A stretch of 64,000 nt of DNA from a virus (taxonomy: Duplodnaviria > Caudoviricetes). A program made the position numbers and the translations under genes. Positions 38,603 to 47,622 of this stretch are shown in pieces. The stretch spans positions 1-64,000 of IMG/VR virus record IMGVR_UViG_3300037067_011041; one strand, 5' to 3'. The first letter of the stretch is position 1, and the number at the start of each line of letters is the position of its first letter. The notes beneath the pieces are model-generated. The model did no database searches. It was given only the letters and a program-made list of their open reading frames with translations, and was not told where the DNA came from.

Positions 38603-39420
38603 GATTGATCCTCTTGCGGCAGTGTGGCGCCGTCAACAAGGGCCTGAACAATGTCGTTAATTCGATCTCGCAGTTCATTGTCTTGCGGCATGCTCAAGAG
38701 ATAGAATTGAACATTGTTCTCGGGGACGATGATCTCTTCGATGTACACGTCTCCTTCCCCATCGGCCGGGACGATCGGGAGCCCGAAAATCTCTCCACAG
38801 TCGGGGCACTCAAAGCCCCCGTCTTCCAGCGAAATGCAATTCGTCTCATCGCATTGTGGGCATACCAACAGGTCAAAGACATGCCCGCATTCGCACTCTT
38901 TTCCAAAGTCGGTTTCCCATACGATTTCCGAGCCACATAGCGGGCAGTGGGTATCTTTGAGCAGGGGCACTGGCGTAGATTGGAATTCGATTGTCATCGA
39001 ATCAACGTCGGCTAGTTTCGCTCCGTTGACATAGATCTCGCCAACAGGTTCCAGTTTGGCTTCCCGCTTGGCCTTCTCGGCCGCCCAGTATGCCATGCGA
39101 GCGTAGAACACTTCCTTGTCGATGAGCGGGCCAGTGGTGTTCAGTTCCATCCAGGCACACAGGTTCCAGATGGCGTGCCCGAGATGATGGCAGCCAGAGT
39201 CCTGGTCGTATACCTCTCCGCCCAGATAATAGTCAAGGTGACGGCACATGGAATCGAGGTATTCCTCGTCGGGCTTGCCTCCTTTCTTCCAGTTTCCTTC
39301 GTTGTACTTGTTGGCGCCGAACTCTTTCACTCGGGCCACGGCCTCAAGGGCTCGACGGAAACTTCGCATGAAATATCCAAGCTTCGGTTTGCCTTCATTG
39401 AATCGCAATGCGCCGCTCAT
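38599..39420 (-). CDS. DUF5664-type dATP/dGTP diphosphohydrolase fused to Zn ribbons
   Basis: RFNEGKP...FGANKY...NWKKG...DSMCRH...DSG.HHLGHA.WN; C-terminal CPLC/CECG/CPQC/CPDC. Confidence 0.8.
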   Translation of the reverse strand: MSGALRFNEGKPKLGYFMRSFRRALEAVARVKEFGANKYNEGNWKKGGKPDEEYLDSMCRHLDYYLGGEVYDQDSGCHHLGHAIWNLCAWMELNTTGPLIDKEVFYARMAYWAAEKAKREAKLEPVGEIYVNGAKLADVDSMTIEFQSTPVPLLKDTHCPLCGSEIVWETDFGKECECGHVFDLLVCPQCDETNCISLEDGGFECPDCGEIFGLPIVPADGEGDVYIEEIIVPENNVQFYLLSMPQDNELRDRINDIVQALVDGATLPQEDQS

Positions 39421-42158
39421 ACTTCATCCTCTTTCACTAGGTTGCCACCATTCTTGGTGTAGGGAGTTCCTGGTTTCGTATTTGGTTCAAACGACAGGTT
39501 TCCAATTATTTGCTGGTTGTGCTTCAAGCACCTGCCAACAAGGAAACGCTCAGACAACACACTGCGAATCACCCGCTCTTTCCACTCTGTCTGCTGATAC
39601 ACTTCCAGGGTGGCAAGGAATCTTGCTTTGAAGTCCGTGAACTTTATCGCTGCTCCCGGAATCTCATAGCAATTCTCAGTGATGAATCGTTCCAGTTCGT
39701 CGACACTGTCGGCAGCCGCGTCAAGCTTTCCTTGTGTCTCAATCACTGGAAGCATGAGTCGCCCAACAGCGGGCTGAATCTCAAAGTCCATCAAGGTCCG
39801 CATAAAATGCGGGCCTTCCGCTCGCAACAAATCATGAAAACGGTCACGAGGGATCTCGTCTTCAAGGGCGGGCACATTCATGGCAGTGATGCGGGTATCA
39901 CCCGGAAACACCGGCAGGCTACGGCGACTGTTGGCCATCTGAACAAAGTGCAGCGTGCTGGTGACGTCTTGCACCTGCTTGTACTTTGCATGGATGGACA
40001 CGGTGATGCCTGTCACCCATTCCTTCAACTTGTTGTACACCTCCGAGCCCGCTTTGGCAATATCGACTTCGTCGACAACCGCCAGCACCGTATCAATCAA
40101 CTCGCCGTTGTAACCTTGAGTCGATGTCAATGCCCTGTCGGCTTTCTCTACGCCATTAGTTAGAAGCAAAGCGATTGCTTCATGGAATGACGACTTACCT
40201 GAGTTCTGAGGGCCGTACATGAACAAGTAGGGCAACTTACCAAATGGGTTTTGGAACATGCAAGCAACCCACGCAGTAAGATAGTCACCGCCGGTGGTGA
40301 TGCCCCAGTCCTTACACCAAGGAAGGTCAGGGATGTACTCATTCAGTTCCACCCCGCAATGGGCCATAAGCCTATTCCAGGTTGGATGTTCAGGGGACTC
40401 GTCTTCTCCTAGCTCGATCGGTGCATACACAAATTGTGGTGCATCACGGTTCCACACACGTCCGCCCGGATATTCAGCTTGAAATGGCTCATTCACAATT
40501 GTCCACGATTTATAGATCGCGCCTCCAAGAACCAAGTCAGGTTTGTTATGGCCGGTCGAAACGAGATACGACTTGATGTTCTCTCGCGGGTGGGTTGTCC
40601 ACCCGCCACCCTCGTCGCGCAGCACCCAGGAATCAAACGAGGCTCCTTTGGAGCCGTCCGTCTTCAAGGCCCTCATTTTGTCATCGAGTTCGGTCCATAG
40701 CTTCTCTTCGTCGATTTTCACGTCGGGAGTTTCTATGGCGTCCCTGATCCAGATTTCCCATCCTCTCGACGTCTTTACGTACCGAGGGAAGTCTGTCTTC
40801 TCATCGTTGCGTTTTCGCTCAATGACGAGGATCACTTTTCCATCGTCACCATTGTGAAGGGCAAGGGCCCGGTCATCTGTCTTCTTTGGCAGCTTCAAAG
40901 CCGATCCAAGAAGAACGAGGGCCGCTTTCAGGCTTTCGACGTCATCAAACAAGTAGCCTTGTTTTTCGTCGGTTCCTTCATAACCGCCGCACGAGAGGCA
41001 GATTTGCTTCAGTGTGGCTGGAAAGTTGTAGGTAGTGTGAGTCCACTTACCTTGGCTGTCCCAGAGCGAACACTCTTCTGTGCCTTCTCCAAATCGATAG
41101 ACATCCCATGCCCCGTCCGGCTTAGGCCGCATGAAGCAATTGGGCTTGCCTGGATCTTGATCGAGCGAGTTGGTATCGAACAGGCCCCTCATCGGGTGCC
41201 CTCTCTCGGCCCAGTCGTCGAAGACTTGCTTCAGGCCGCCAGTATGCCCCTGCCACAGGTGGTGGTCTGTGACCCACAAGGCGGTATGACCGGTGCCTTC
41301 CAAATCTTCCAAGATCTTCAGGTGGGTCTCGTCGAGTTGAACCTTGGCGTACGCCTCGGTCATCTCGTCAAGTTCATCACCCTTCGTCGCTGTACCATCG
41401 GCGGTCCATCCTTGGACACGCACTTTGGTTCTGCTGCCGGAGACGACTTCTAAATGATCTCTCCAGTTGGGAGGAACATGGTCGGCAGTCAGAATTTGTG
41501 TTGCTGGTTTCACCACGGAGTACCCATTGCCGGATGACTCGACGTGGTGTATCCACATCACACCGCCGCAGACATCGATGTTCTCAGCGATGTCAAGCTT
41601 GGTATGTTGTGTGATGAGTGGAATGAATGAGCGCGCAATCGCGGCGTGCTCAGTGTGGTTCATGGTTACCGGATAGGGCTCCTGAAACCAGATATAGATG
41701 TGGCGACCGTTTCCGCGAGTAGACCGGATCACCTCCAGCCACGGAACGTCAATCAGGTCTAGCATAGCTAGCTGATCGTCGTCGATGCCTACACCTTCGG
41801 CATGCCCTATCTTAGAGTCGAAGTCGTAGCCCAAACCAACAGTGCGTTTGTTCTTCCAGTCCCACCATGTGGTCCCGATGGCTTTCATTCGGGTTTCAAT
41901 CACATAGGGGATCGGCGGGTCACTGTAATTTGGCTCGCCTGCCGGATCATAAGGCCATCGATGCGGCCCAAAGACTTCACCGTCACATTCATACTTACCG
42001 TTGTCTAGCTTGACACCGGTTTTATGACACATGACTTGTGTCTCAAACCGACTTGGGTCGACGCCCCACCTATCAATGAGGGCGGGATTGTTGTGCTTGC
42101 CTTTGATCCGGTTTTCGTAGTAGAGTTTGTAGGCTTCAGTTGTGCGCGTGTTTCTCAT
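39417..42158 (-). CDS. primase-helicase (AEP-like N-terminus, SF3/D5-like helicase)
   Basis: GYDFD, RSTRGNGRHIY, GPQNSGKS Walker A, VVDE, MAN. Confidence 0.85.
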   Translation of the reverse strand: MRNTRTTEAYKLYYENRIKGKHNNPALIDRWGVDPSRFETQVMCHKTGVKLDNGKYECDGEVFGPHRWPYDPAGEPNYSDPPIPYVIETRMKAIGTTWWDWKNKRTVGLGYDFDSKIGHAEGVGIDDDQLAMLDLIDVPWLEVIRSTRGNGRHIYIWFQEPYPVTMNHTEHAAIARSFIPLITQHTKLDIAENIDVCGGVMWIHHVESSGNGYSVVKPATQILTADHVPPNWRDHLEVVSGSRTKVRVQGWTADGTATKGDELDEMTEAYAKVQLDETHLKILEDLEGTGHTALWVTDHHLWQGHTGGLKQVFDDWAERGHPMRGLFDTNSLDQDPGKPNCFMRPKPDGAWDVYRFGEGTEECSLWDSQGKWTHTTYNFPATLKQICLSCGGYEGTDEKQGYLFDDVESLKAALVLLGSALKLPKKTDDRALALHNGDDGKVILVIERKRNDEKTDFPRYVKTSRGWEIWIRDAIETPDVKIDEEKLWTELDDKMRALKTDGSKGASFDSWVLRDEGGGWTTHPRENIKSYLVSTGHNKPDLVLGGAIYKSWTIVNEPFQAEYPGGRVWNRDAPQFVYAPIELGEDESPEHPTWNRLMAHCGVELNEYIPDLPWCKDWGITTGGDYLTAWVACMFQNPFGKLPYLFMYGPQNSGKSSFHEAIALLLTNGVEKADRALTSTQGYNGELIDTVLAVVDEVDIAKAGSEVYNKLKEWVTGITVSIHAKYKQVQDVTSTLHFVQMANSRRSLPVFPGDTRITAMNVPALEDEIPRDRFHDLLRAEGPHFMRTLMDFEIQPAVGRLMLPVIETQGKLDAAADSVDELERFITENCYEIPGAAIKFTDFKARFLATLEVYQQTEWKERVIRSVLSERFLVGRCLKHNQQIIGNLSFEPNTKPGTPYTKNGGNLVKEDEV

Positions 42159-42220
42159 AACGGCGCACCCTCAGCGTACTTGTTCCATCGTTCCATGAAA
42201 TCCTCCGAAATTTAGAAGTG

Positions 42221-42258
42221 TCTACCACTATTGTAGCCAAAAGGCCGCCAATTTCCCG
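42221..42258 (-). promoter_or_regulatory. class II promoter driving the primase operon
   Basis: Reverse complement CGGGAAATT-N11-GGCTACAATAGTGGTAGA. Confidence 0.75.
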
Positions 42259-42262
42259 TTCG

Positions 42263-42317
42263 CTCGCCGGAATCTCGCCGGAATCTCGCCGGAATCTCGC
42301 CGGAATCTCGCCGGAAA
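42263..42317 (+). repeat. 11-bp tandem repeat CTCGCCGGAAT x5 (iteron-like)
   Basis: Four perfect copies plus one with a 1-nt change. Confidence 0.9.
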
Positions 42318-42409
42318 TTTCCAACCGGGGGCCCCATAATAGGTGGTGCAATAACCCTTATGGGGACCATGCAAACTCCCTATACGGTTGGTGGTATGAC
42401 CAAACCACC

Positions 42410-42587
42410 CACCGGAATTTCTCGCACGTTCCGTCCCCTCCGGTTGGTGGTATGTAACGCAAGTCCTTGCACACTAGTTGTTTATAACTTGAGATTCAGT
42501 CTCACCGGAACCGGAGTCCAAAAAGAGTTCCCCAAGAAAATCGTGCAAAGTTGCAAAGTTTCGCAGGGACCGGTTTTGGAACTCCGG
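42410..42587 (+). repeat. dispersed ~180-bp element, copy 2 (putative origin)
   Basis: Matches 1935-2115; lies between divergent replication operons. Confidence 0.85.
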
Positions 42588-42652
42588 ACTCCGGAACAGT
42601 TCCCATCTCTGAACCTTGCCCTGGAAAATTCGTTTGAAAATCCGGCAGACGG

Positions 42653-42690
42653 CGGGAAATTCACGTCAAACCGGCTACAATAGGTGTAGA
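42653..42690 (+). promoter_or_regulatory. class II promoter driving the ParB/SSB operon
   Basis: CGGGAAATT-N11-GGCTACAATAGGTGTAGA. Confidence 0.75.
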
Positions 42691-42693
42691 GCG

Positions 42694-43698
42694 ATGAATA
42701 ACAACCTGCAAACCATCCCGATTCAACACATCAAACGGCCGAAGATTTCCCTCCGGCCGGTTCGGCGCAACTCGCCCGAGTATGCCGAATTAGTAGAGTC
42801 CATTCGGAAAGACGGTGTTCTTCAGCCAGTCCTTGTTCGTCCTTATTACTGTGTGGGTTGCCCACACAAGGAATGTATCAAGGAAGCCTGTGAATGCCGT
42901 AAGGAGAATGAAGACTATGATATGGTTGAGGGCTGGCACCGGTTAGAGGCGTCGAAAGAAGCAGGCAGACCTGACATTCCCGTAATGATTCGCGAGATGT
43001 CAGACGATGAAGTCTTGATCTTCCAGATCAAGTGCAACGCAATAAGACCGAAGACAGCAACGTTCGAGTACGCTCGCCGCCTCAAGAAATTGATGGAGAA
43101 CGGGTACACACTGGATCAGCTTAGCGCGTTGATCGATAAGAATCAGAAGTGGATCAGGGATCAACTTCAACTGAATCGATTATGCGAGGACGCAAGGGCG
43201 CCAGTAGAGCGAGGTGAGATCAGGATGAGTTCGGCTTTGGCATTGGCCAATCTTCCTGAAGACTTGCAGACAAAATTCATCGACGACGCGATCGCGATGA
43301 AGCCCGGCGAATTCAACGAAAGAGCCAAGGCCGCCTTACGAGATTTCAAGACCTTCTTACTCAATGAGCAACAGAAGAATAGAGAGATCGGCGCAACGGC
43401 GGTGCCCACACTGAGGGCAATCAACGTACTGAAACGTGAAGCGGTCAAACCAAAAGAAGCCCGCGCGATACTGAAAGCAATGAAAGCCAAGACGGCTCTT
43501 GATGGTTGGAACGCCGCCCTGGCCTGGGTATTCAAACTTGACCCCGTATCGGTCGAAAAGAGAAAAGCTGGATATCAGGAGAAAGAAAACAATGAAGCAG
43601 TAGCAACACAAGAAGAGTTTCGCGCTCTGAACAGAGAGATGATCCGTAAGTTTGTAATTCCTCAATCCGAATCTGGAGACTATCGAAATGGCAAATGA
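42694..43698 (+). CDS. ParB/Srx-like protein with HTH and a Cys-rich insertion
   Basis: LVESIRKDGVLQPVLVR...VEGWHRL.A. Confidence 0.85.
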   Translation: MNNNLQTIPIQHIKRPKISLRPVRRNSPEYAELVESIRKDGVLQPVLVRPYYCVGCPHKECIKEACECRKENEDYDMVEGWHRLEASKEAGRPDIPVMIREMSDDEVLIFQIKCNAIRPKTATFEYARRLKKLMENGYTLDQLSALIDKNQKWIRDQLQLNRLCEDARAPVERGEIRMSSALALANLPEDLQTKFIDDAIAMKPGEFNERAKAALRDFKTFLLNEQQKNREIGATAVPTLRAINVLKREAVKPKEARAILKAMKAKTALDGWNAALAWVFKLDPVSVEKRKAGYQEKENNEAVATQEEFRALNREMIRKFVIPQSESGDYRNGK

Positions 43699-44389
43699 AC
43701 TTGCTCCCTTCAAAGTCAGCCTTCCCACCGTCAGTGCCGCCGAGATGCAGACCCTCGATGAGGTCGCAAAGGGCTCTGAGTTCCTCCCTCGTATCCAACT
43801 CGTGACGAAGGGAAAGTACGTCGACCAAGGAAAGATCAAGCCCGGTCACTGGGGCGTTCCGCTCCCCGGCGGCGAGGAGATCGAAGATCTTGGAGAAAAG
43901 ATCGACGTCGTTCCGTTCTGCTATCGTCCGAAGGCGTTGGACATGTCCGACAAGGAAGCCATCGTCGCAGTGTACGATGTGGCCGACCCTGAGTTCCAGC
44001 GCATCAAGAACGCGCCCAAGAACACCGGCTGCATGTGGGGCCCGTCCTTCCTTGTCCTTCTGCGGCAGACCGGGAAGTTGTACGAGTTGTTCTTCGGGAA
44101 CAAGTCCGGCCGAAACGAGGCAGGCAAGCTGAAGCCGTTCCTTCCCACCGAAGAGAATGGCGGCCAGCCGTCGCCCGCGACGCTCGCGATCCGGTACAAG
44201 AAGACGCCCGAGTACGGGTGGCACGTGCCGGTTATCTCGAAGTGCTCCGAGCCGATCGACCCGAAGTCCGTGAAGTTCACGGCCGAGCAGTTGCAGGAAG
44301 AAGTCGAGAAGTTCCGCAACCCTGAGAAGGGTGCCGAGAAAGTTGTCGACGACGAGGGCAACGTCAAGACCAACAAGCGAGCCCGCTAA
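43688..44389 (+). CDS. putative ssDNA-binding protein (highly expressed)
   Basis: GGAG RBS; extreme C/G-ending codon bias; FLPRIQL...YGWHVPV pattern; followed by a hairpin. Confidence 0.5.
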   Translation: MANELAPFKVSLPTVSAAEMQTLDEVAKGSEFLPRIQLVTKGKYVDQGKIKPGHWGVPLPGGEEIEDLGEKIDVVPFCYRPKALDMSDKEAIVAVYDVADPEFQRIKNAPKNTGCMWGPSFLVLLRQTGKLYELFFGNKSGRNEAGKLKPFLPTEENGGQPSPATLAIRYKKTPEYGWHVPVISKCSEPIDPKSVKFTAEQLQEEVEKFRNPEKGAEKVVDDEGNVKTNKRAR

Positions 44390-44411
44390 CTCGTTCGCTG
44401 AAGTTTCATAA

Positions 44412-44445
44412 CCTCCGGATCGGGCAATCGTTCCCGGTCCGGAGG
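44412..44445 (+). terminator. hairpin after the putative SSB gene
   Basis: CCTCCGGATCGGG...CCCGGTCCGGAGG. Confidence 0.6.
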
Positions 44446-44464
44446 CCATCTTTCTGAGGATCAC

Positions 44465-44809
44465 ATGGGAGACGAAACACAACTGGATTTCGACCTAGAA
44501 AAGACATTGAGGTGGTGTGCAGAAAATGGTGTCACCTTCAATGTAAAGTCTGAAGTAGGGCTGATGTCTATCGCTGCGAGATGCGAAAACGTATCTTCAG
44601 ACTATGTTGTAGAGCCGCCTTATTCAGCGGCATCTGTCGGCAACGCCATGTGGGCCGCTTTGTTTGCCGTAAAGCACGGCACCGAGTTTCATAGGAGGAT
44701 GGGCTACTTTCCTCCGATACTTACAAAAGCACACAAACCAGCAAGCGGAAAAGATCGCGATTCAAAGTCGCCTCCTCTTCCTTCTTCTTCAGGAATCAAA
44801 GTAGTATGA
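44465..44809 (+). CDS. hypothetical protein
   Basis: GAGGA RBS; ORF track. Confidence 0.65.
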   Translation: MGDETQLDFDLEKTLRWCAENGVTFNVKSEVGLMSIAARCENVSSDYVVEPPYSAASVGNAMWAALFAVKHGTEFHRRMGYFPPILTKAHKPASGKDRDSKSPPLPSSSGIKVV

Positions 44810-45318
44810 GTGGAGTTGCTCTTGTTCAGTTCTCGTCAGTAGATCTGAAAACCTTGCTGCCGCTAGGCCGCCAAGCGTTTGATCGCAACCTAGCTGAGAG
44901 AGCAGACTCGGCTGGACATGAGCCTCCGTTGCATCACATGCTGTGTGTTGCTGCGATGAAAACCCCAAACGCAAGGACGTCCGAAGACATTGCACCCTAT
45001 GTGAACATGTTCCATGCGGGTTTCCTTGTGGCGGCAGAAGAAAGAGATTGTGCCGAAATCCTTGAACTGGCGGGCATGCCCAGCATAAGAGTTGAGACGG
45101 TAGAGAGGGACATCTACGCCATGTTCATCAGCGGCAACTTGACACAGTGGCGTGATGCTGTGTTGCGAGGATGCCAAAGCAACGCACGACGCGAGACCCG
45201 TCACGTCTACAACCAGATCTATACAAAATTCAACGACATGGGCCTCGCCGGAATCTTCAGCGTAAAGTCAAAGCCACATCCTCGCGATCATACATTTCTC
45301 CTGGAATACAAGCCGTAG
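44806..45318 (+). CDS. hypothetical protein, possibly a degenerate ThyX-fold
   Basis: SGNLTQWR...C...ARRETR resembles the ThyX C-terminus, but the RHR signature is absent. Confidence 0.4.
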   Translation: MSGVALVQFSSVDLKTLLPLGRQAFDRNLAERADSAGHEPPLHHMLCVAAMKTPNARTSEDIAPYVNMFHAGFLVAAEERDCAEILELAGMPSIRVETVERDIYAMFISGNLTQWRDAVLRGCQSNARRETRHVYNQIYTKFNDMGLAGIFSVKSKPHPRDHTFLLEYKP

Positions 45319-45322
45319 CCAC

Positions 45323-45350
45323 TTGACATTTGGAATCCATAAGGTATACT
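45323..45350 (+). promoter_or_regulatory. sigma70-like promoter TTGACA-N16-TATACT (leaderless)
   Basis: ATG 6 nt after the -10 box. Confidence 0.85.
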
Positions 45351-45356
45351 TGAGCT

Positions 45357-47276
45357 ATGCGTGAGAATATCAAGCTGATTACCGAGACCAGCAAGGGCAC
45401 TCGTTTACTTGTGCCAGCGGTCATCGAAAGGGAAGACGGCCGCATATACTTCGTGCAATCCCCGTACGCATTGAAGAACGAAATCAAGGCGATGAAAGGG
45501 TCACGATGGCACGGCTTTGTCCCTGACGACGAGCGAAAGATCTGGTCGGTAGACGATTGCACACGCAATAACTTCCAGCTTGAATACATGACGGGCGGAA
45601 ACCCCTATGCAAATTGGGATCAGCCCCTCAAGAACTTTGGCTACTCACGCCCACTGTTCGGCCATCAAAAGCTGATGGCCGACCACTGCTTGACGTACCA
45701 CTACGAGATTCTTGCGGCTGAGATGGGTGTGGGTAAGTCGCTTTCGGCCGTAGAGGTAATGGAGAAGTCAGGCTTCTACGATTGGTGGTATGTTGCTCCC
45801 AAGTCTGGCCTAGCGGCGGTGGACCGAGAGTTCACCAAATGGGGGTTGAAATTCCAGCCAAAGGTAATGACGTACGAGCGGCTTCGCATTGACATCGAGC
45901 GGTGGGAGAAAGGTGCCCCGGCCCCGAGAGGTGTGATCTTCGACGAGTCATCTCGATTGAAGTCGCCCAACTCAAAGCGTACCAAAGCCGCCCAACATTT
46001 GGCCGACGCTATTCGGGCCGAGTATGGTTGGGATGGTTTTGTCATTTTGATGTCTGGAACACCTGCCCCCAAGTCCCCAGCGGACTGGTGGTCGCAGTGC
46101 GAGATCTGCTACCCTGGCTTCATAAAGGAAGGATCGTATCAGGCGTTTGAATGGCGACTAGGCATCTTTGAACAACAGGAAACGGACCAGGGCAAGTTCT
46201 GGAAGCGGCTGACGTGGCGGGACGACGAAAAGAAATGTGACGTGTGCGGGCAGTACGCCGACCATGAGAACCACAGCACAGACGATCTATTTGGAGCAGG
46301 TGACAACGCGCACGTCTTCGTGCCAAGCAAAAACGAAGTCTCATATCTCTACGACCGTCTCAAAGGACTTGTGCTGCCCCTGGCAAAGAAAGACTGCCTT
46401 GATATTCCCGACAAGGTTTATCGGGAGATCATTCTTGAGCCGTCCTCTACAATTAAGCGGGTGGCTCAAGCGCTGGCAAAGTCTGCTCTTACAGCGATCC
46501 AAGGGTTGACTTGGCTACGCGAACTGTCAGACGGCTTCCAGTACCGAGAGGTACAAAGCGAAGAAGAGCCGTTCATCCCTTGCCCGGTGTGCAAGGGCAC
46601 CGGTGAGACCGGTCAGTGGTTCAATGTCCATACGGACGAGGCCGTTCATATTGATGCTGAACTGGCCATCGACGACGACGATTACCATTTCAGATCGGCC
46701 GAATGCCCTAAGTGCCATGGCAAGTGCAACATCCCGAACATGATTCGGGAGACGAAGGAAATCAAGAGCCCGAAAGATCAGGCTCTTCGTGACTTGCTTG
46801 AAGAGAATGAAGACCAAGGCCGCATCGTTGTGTTTGGCGGCTTCCAGGGTACCATCGATCGGGTAGTCAATATCTGCCACAAGCAGCAATGGGACGTGGT
46901 GAAAGTCGATGGTCGCGGCTGGAAGATACTGAAACACGACGGCGAGAAGACGCCAAGAGACGTAAAGCCCCTCGACTACTGGGCCAACATGGACAACGAG
47001 CGAGTTGCATTTGTTGCCCACCCAGAGTCTGGCGGCATGGGCTTGACTCTTACTGAGGCCCGAATGTCTGTGTTCTTCTCGAACGACTTCAAGCCTGAAT
47101 CACGCTCACAAGCTGAAGACCGTATCCATCGCCCCGGCATCGACATGAATAAAGGGGCAACGATAGTCGACTTATTCCACCTTGGAACAGATAGGAAAGT
47201 GCTAAACGTGCTCCGCGACAATCGTCGCCTAGAGCAACTCACCCTTGGAGACATGAGAGAAATGCTATGCGACTAG
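45357..47276 (+). CDS. SNF2-like SF2 helicase with Zn-finger insertions
   Basis: EMGVGKS, FDESS, MSGTP, GGMGLTLT, QAEDRIHR. Confidence 0.9.
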   Translation: MRENIKLITETSKGTRLLVPAVIEREDGRIYFVQSPYALKNEIKAMKGSRWHGFVPDDERKIWSVDDCTRNNFQLEYMTGGNPYANWDQPLKNFGYSRPLFGHQKLMADHCLTYHYEILAAEMGVGKSLSAVEVMEKSGFYDWWYVAPKSGLAAVDREFTKWGLKFQPKVMTYERLRIDIERWEKGAPAPRGVIFDESSRLKSPNSKRTKAAQHLADAIRAEYGWDGFVILMSGTPAPKSPADWWSQCEICYPGFIKEGSYQAFEWRLGIFEQQETDQGKFWKRLTWRDDEKKCDVCGQYADHENHSTDDLFGAGDNAHVFVPSKNEVSYLYDRLKGLVLPLAKKDCLDIPDKVYREIILEPSSTIKRVAQALAKSALTAIQGLTWLRELSDGFQYREVQSEEEPFIPCPVCKGTGETGQWFNVHTDEAVHIDAELAIDDDDYHFRSAECPKCHGKCNIPNMIRETKEIKSPKDQALRDLLEENEDQGRIVVFGGFQGTIDRVVNICHKQQWDVVKVDGRGWKILKHDGEKTPRDVKPLDYWANMDNERVAFVAHPESGGMGLTLTEARMSVFFSNDFKPESRSQAEDRIHRPGIDMNKGATIVDLFHLGTDRKVLNVLRDNRRLEQLTLGDMREMLCD

Positions 47277-47485
47277 ACGAATTCCTCGACGAATGCGAAC
47301 TGTACGGCGACAATGAATCCGAAGTGTTCATTGAGTTCAACGGGGTTGTGTACGACATCAGTGACATCCAAGGCACGTCGCAAGGAGTCATTTTGATCGT
47401 CGACACGCAGGACGAAGATCGTGACATGCACGGGCTCGCAGATATCGATGACTGCATTGATGTGGAGTGGGAACCCCATGTCTGA
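47267..47485 (+). CDS. small acidic hypothetical protein
   Basis: ORF track; D/E-rich. Confidence 0.55.
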   Translation: MRLDEFLDECELYGDNESEVFIEFNGVVYDISDIQGTSQGVILIVDTQDEDRDMHGLADIDDCIDVEWEPHV

Positions 47486-47622
47486 AGACGACCTTCCACG
47501 ACTCGTATCCAGGATGTTCAAGGTGATAACTGCTATCATCGTTGCATCATTTGTCATTTCGATCTGTACTTTGACGGCCGCCGTCGCCGGACTGATCTAT
47601 CTTTTCTTTCAATGGACCTGAT

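Noticed and set aside
38599-39420. Complete 2-aminoadenine (Z) DNA pathway
   Set aside because: No PurZ- or DatZ-like gene recognisable in the window; DUF5664 alone is insufficient
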